Position numbers and translations under genes: made by a program. Below the pieces are notes generated by a model. That model was given only the letters and a program-made list of their open reading frames with translations, did no database searches and was not told the origin of the DNA. A stretch of 33,927 nt of DNA from Nemertoderma westbladi (lineage: Eukaryota > Animalia > Xenacoelomorpha): assembly GCA_032718475.1 (NCBI GenBank), contig JAUCBJ010001303.1, positions 1-33,927 on the forward strand. Reading direction: 5' to 3'. This document shows, in pieces, positions 31,277 to 33,927 of this stretch. The stretch's first letter is position 1; each line of letters begins with the position of its first letter.

Positions 31277-33595
31277 ATGCTGGTATGTATAGTAGAGTAG
31301 TGTAAAAGCTTTTGCGTAATTAGCCGGTTATTTTCCCCGTAAAGTACTCTGTAGTTGGTTTACTGGGCATAAAAAGGCCGTGTCCTTACTGTACTGGTGT
31401 TTTAGAGGACATAAAAGTCATTTCTTCTGTATTTGTACTTTAGAGGACATAATCCGCAATTTCGTGACGCAATAAGCTAGATACTCTTGAAAACAGTGTC
31501 GCTACCATGACGACGGCTAACAGCTGATATTGCCACGTCGAACATTTCTTTGTTCTTTGTTCTCTCTTTGTACGGTCGACCAATCAGAGCGTTTTTTGTC
31601 TCTGTGTTGGAGGTTGGATACAGAAACTCAGGAATTCAGTGTTATGTTTTTGCCCAGAGCTTAAGAACACCGGCTTTTGGCACCTCGTGTTTCAGTCTTT
31701 AGCTTAACATTAGTAGGCTTAATTATAGAACGTATATCTGTTATCTAAACATATCATACATATCTTACTTAACATTACTGCTTTTGCTGTCGGTTATTCA
31801 TTATATTTGTTGATGGAAGATTATATTTGGAATACTGATCAATAGTCAGACACCCCAATCTTCTTGATATACTAAAGGTTAGAGAGACCGGTTACAGATA
31901 AACGATTGCGACTTATGTTAAGTGGTGTGAAGTGAATCTAATGCTATTTTATAGGCCCTACATGTATTGTCTGTTATTCTCTTTGTATGTGACTAAAATT
32001 AGTGAAGGTCGGCAGATTGGTGTGCAGTATTGTGCAGCATTGTGTATGATTGTAACTGATAACAAAGCATCTCCTAAAGAATGCGCCATATACGTGAATC
32101 TATAGCCTTTTCGTTGTGTCTAGTTTAAGTCATAACTCTGTTTACATATTTAGAGCGCCACGTCCTAAAGGAACTGTTAATATTTCCCGAAAGTGAATAA
32201 TATTTGTCAGAGATTATATATTACGATCAGTCGAATAATACAGTAGGCTTACACCATCAATCATTAAGCTTCCGAATTCAGTCTCCCAGGTATATCCAGC
32301 GGGTGAATGATTGCGCATAGACTGGCTTCGGCTAATGTAGTGTATCAAATACTCGTCATAAGCTAAAGACTATATATCATCTAAAAGACATCCTAATTTG
32401 GCAGGTTAAACTGTCAAAGGTCTTAGAAGCGCAAACAATAACAGATATTTGGTTCTGATTGCGGTGTAGGCAATAAATACAGTTTAATATTGTTTTGGTA
32501 AAAACAATAACAGATATTGCTTCTGGATTGCGGCGTAAGCAATCAAGTCGAAAGTACCGGTCGACCGGAAACCTGTAGGCATGACTGCCTGATCACCCGA
32601 ACCGGTACTTACAGTATAGGTACAGCAGTATTATTAGATTTTGATAATTATATACCGGTAGGCCTTAATAATTAATCAGGGACTGCAGCCCTGGTTTTTT
32701 ATTGAGATTTTAATTATTTCTGTCAAGTTTTATTTGTTTGTAGGCCAGTATTGAGCAGAAGGCGTGTAAGCCTGCTCAGATTGTACAGATAATTTGTAGG
32801 CTTGACTGTTGTCTTACTGTGTTAAGTCTGAACGGATTGCAGTGTGTGTAGAGCATCTGTCCGATAAAGTGCTAGTTAGCAAAGTAGGGGCTTCAAGTGC
32901 TGTGAGGTAAACCCCCGTGAAAGAATAAGTCGTACTACTGGGTTAGAACGCATACTAACTAATCATTTCGGAGTCTGCATATACTGTAGTTTATTTAGGC
33001 TTGATAGTAGTCTGCCAGCGTTTGGTCTGTACTTTGTTTGTGTAGTCTGTACGGGTAGCGTATAATTTTATTTAGATAATTTGTAGGCTGGATAGTTGTT
33101 GATTATTCGCAACATTCATGTCCCCAAGTTTATTCCTACAGTAATTGTGTTGTTACACATACCGTTATAGTTAAACTAACCCCGGTACTACATCAGGGCT
33201 GCTCGGCGTAGGTAAAGACTGGAGATTTTGTGCTTTGGTCACTCCGGCAGATACCGTGGTTCTTTTAGCTGTTCAAGTATTTTTAACTACTAATTATTTG
33301 TTGTACAAATACTTGTACCTAATTTAGGGTTTAGTGTACAGTACTTTCCGAAGGTGATTAGTGTGTGGGCAGTATATTTGTGTTGTAAAGTGGTTAATAG
33401 GCACGTTGGTTCTGGTAGACCGCGGTAATTAATCTCTAGGTAGGAACACTCCGTGATACATAACGTAGTACCTATAGCGATACGGTTATAGGTCGTCAGA
33501 CGTTGGACTACTGCTTAAATAACGGTAATAAAGTAAGTTAAAGTAACCAAGTAACCCTTAAAATTCAGAAATTCAATTATTCTAAAATAATTGAC

Positions 33596-33845
33596 ATACC
33601 GGTATTTACAATAGGCTTATTATATTTATTTCTATAAATTTTAGGCTGAAATCATACCGGTATTCTGTAATTAATTCTAGTCTGTAATTATACTTATATA
33701 TATACATTATAAGTGTAAGCTGTATACCGGTATTCACGATAGGCCTATTATATATATATAAATTTAGGCTGAAATCATACCGGTATTCTGTAATTAATTC
33801 TAGTTACTAATAATACTTATATATACTATAAGCATACCGGTATTC
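33596..33845. repeat. Diverged ~125-bp direct duplication containing ATACCGGTAT palindromes
   Basis: TAGGCTGAAATCATACCGGTATTCTGTAATTAATTCTAGT occurs at ~33642 and ~33765; ATACCGGTAT occurs five times in the interval. Confidence 0.75.
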
Positions 33846-33927
33846 TAATATTATATATATATCACGCTACACTGAGTAGCAGTATCGGTAATTAATTACT
33901 AGGCTAGCAGTTAATGCTGAATTACTA

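Overview
Repeat-dense eukaryotic DNA, most likely from an invertebrate animal (GT-AG introns and RTE, L2/CR1, Penelope and Mag-Gypsy elements); nothing prokaryotic is evident. Host genes: a single 832-codon coiled-coil ORF on + (6760-9258, CCDC158-like) and the last two exons of a convergent ankyrin/SOCS-box (ASB-like) gene on - (20684-20510 and 18907-18725). Mobile DNA: three RTE-clade LINE pieces, a Penelope-like RT+GIY-YIG element, a TTAA piggyBac-type MITE, a tRNA-derived SINE with a 16-bp TSD and a 34-bp minimal TIR element. An L2/CR1-type LINE is split by a 4,474-bp insertion that has no TSD or TIR and itself hosts a MULE-type element. A Mag-type Gypsy element has identical 175-bp LTRs but no TSD. 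The most striking observation is a 2.6-kb, 27-bp satellite in the ASB intron. On the gene's sense strand it is a tandem array of about 97 TACTAAC/TACTAAT branch-point (SF1/QKI-type) motifs, and the last copy sits at the canonical distance (branch A at -22) from the 3' splice site.
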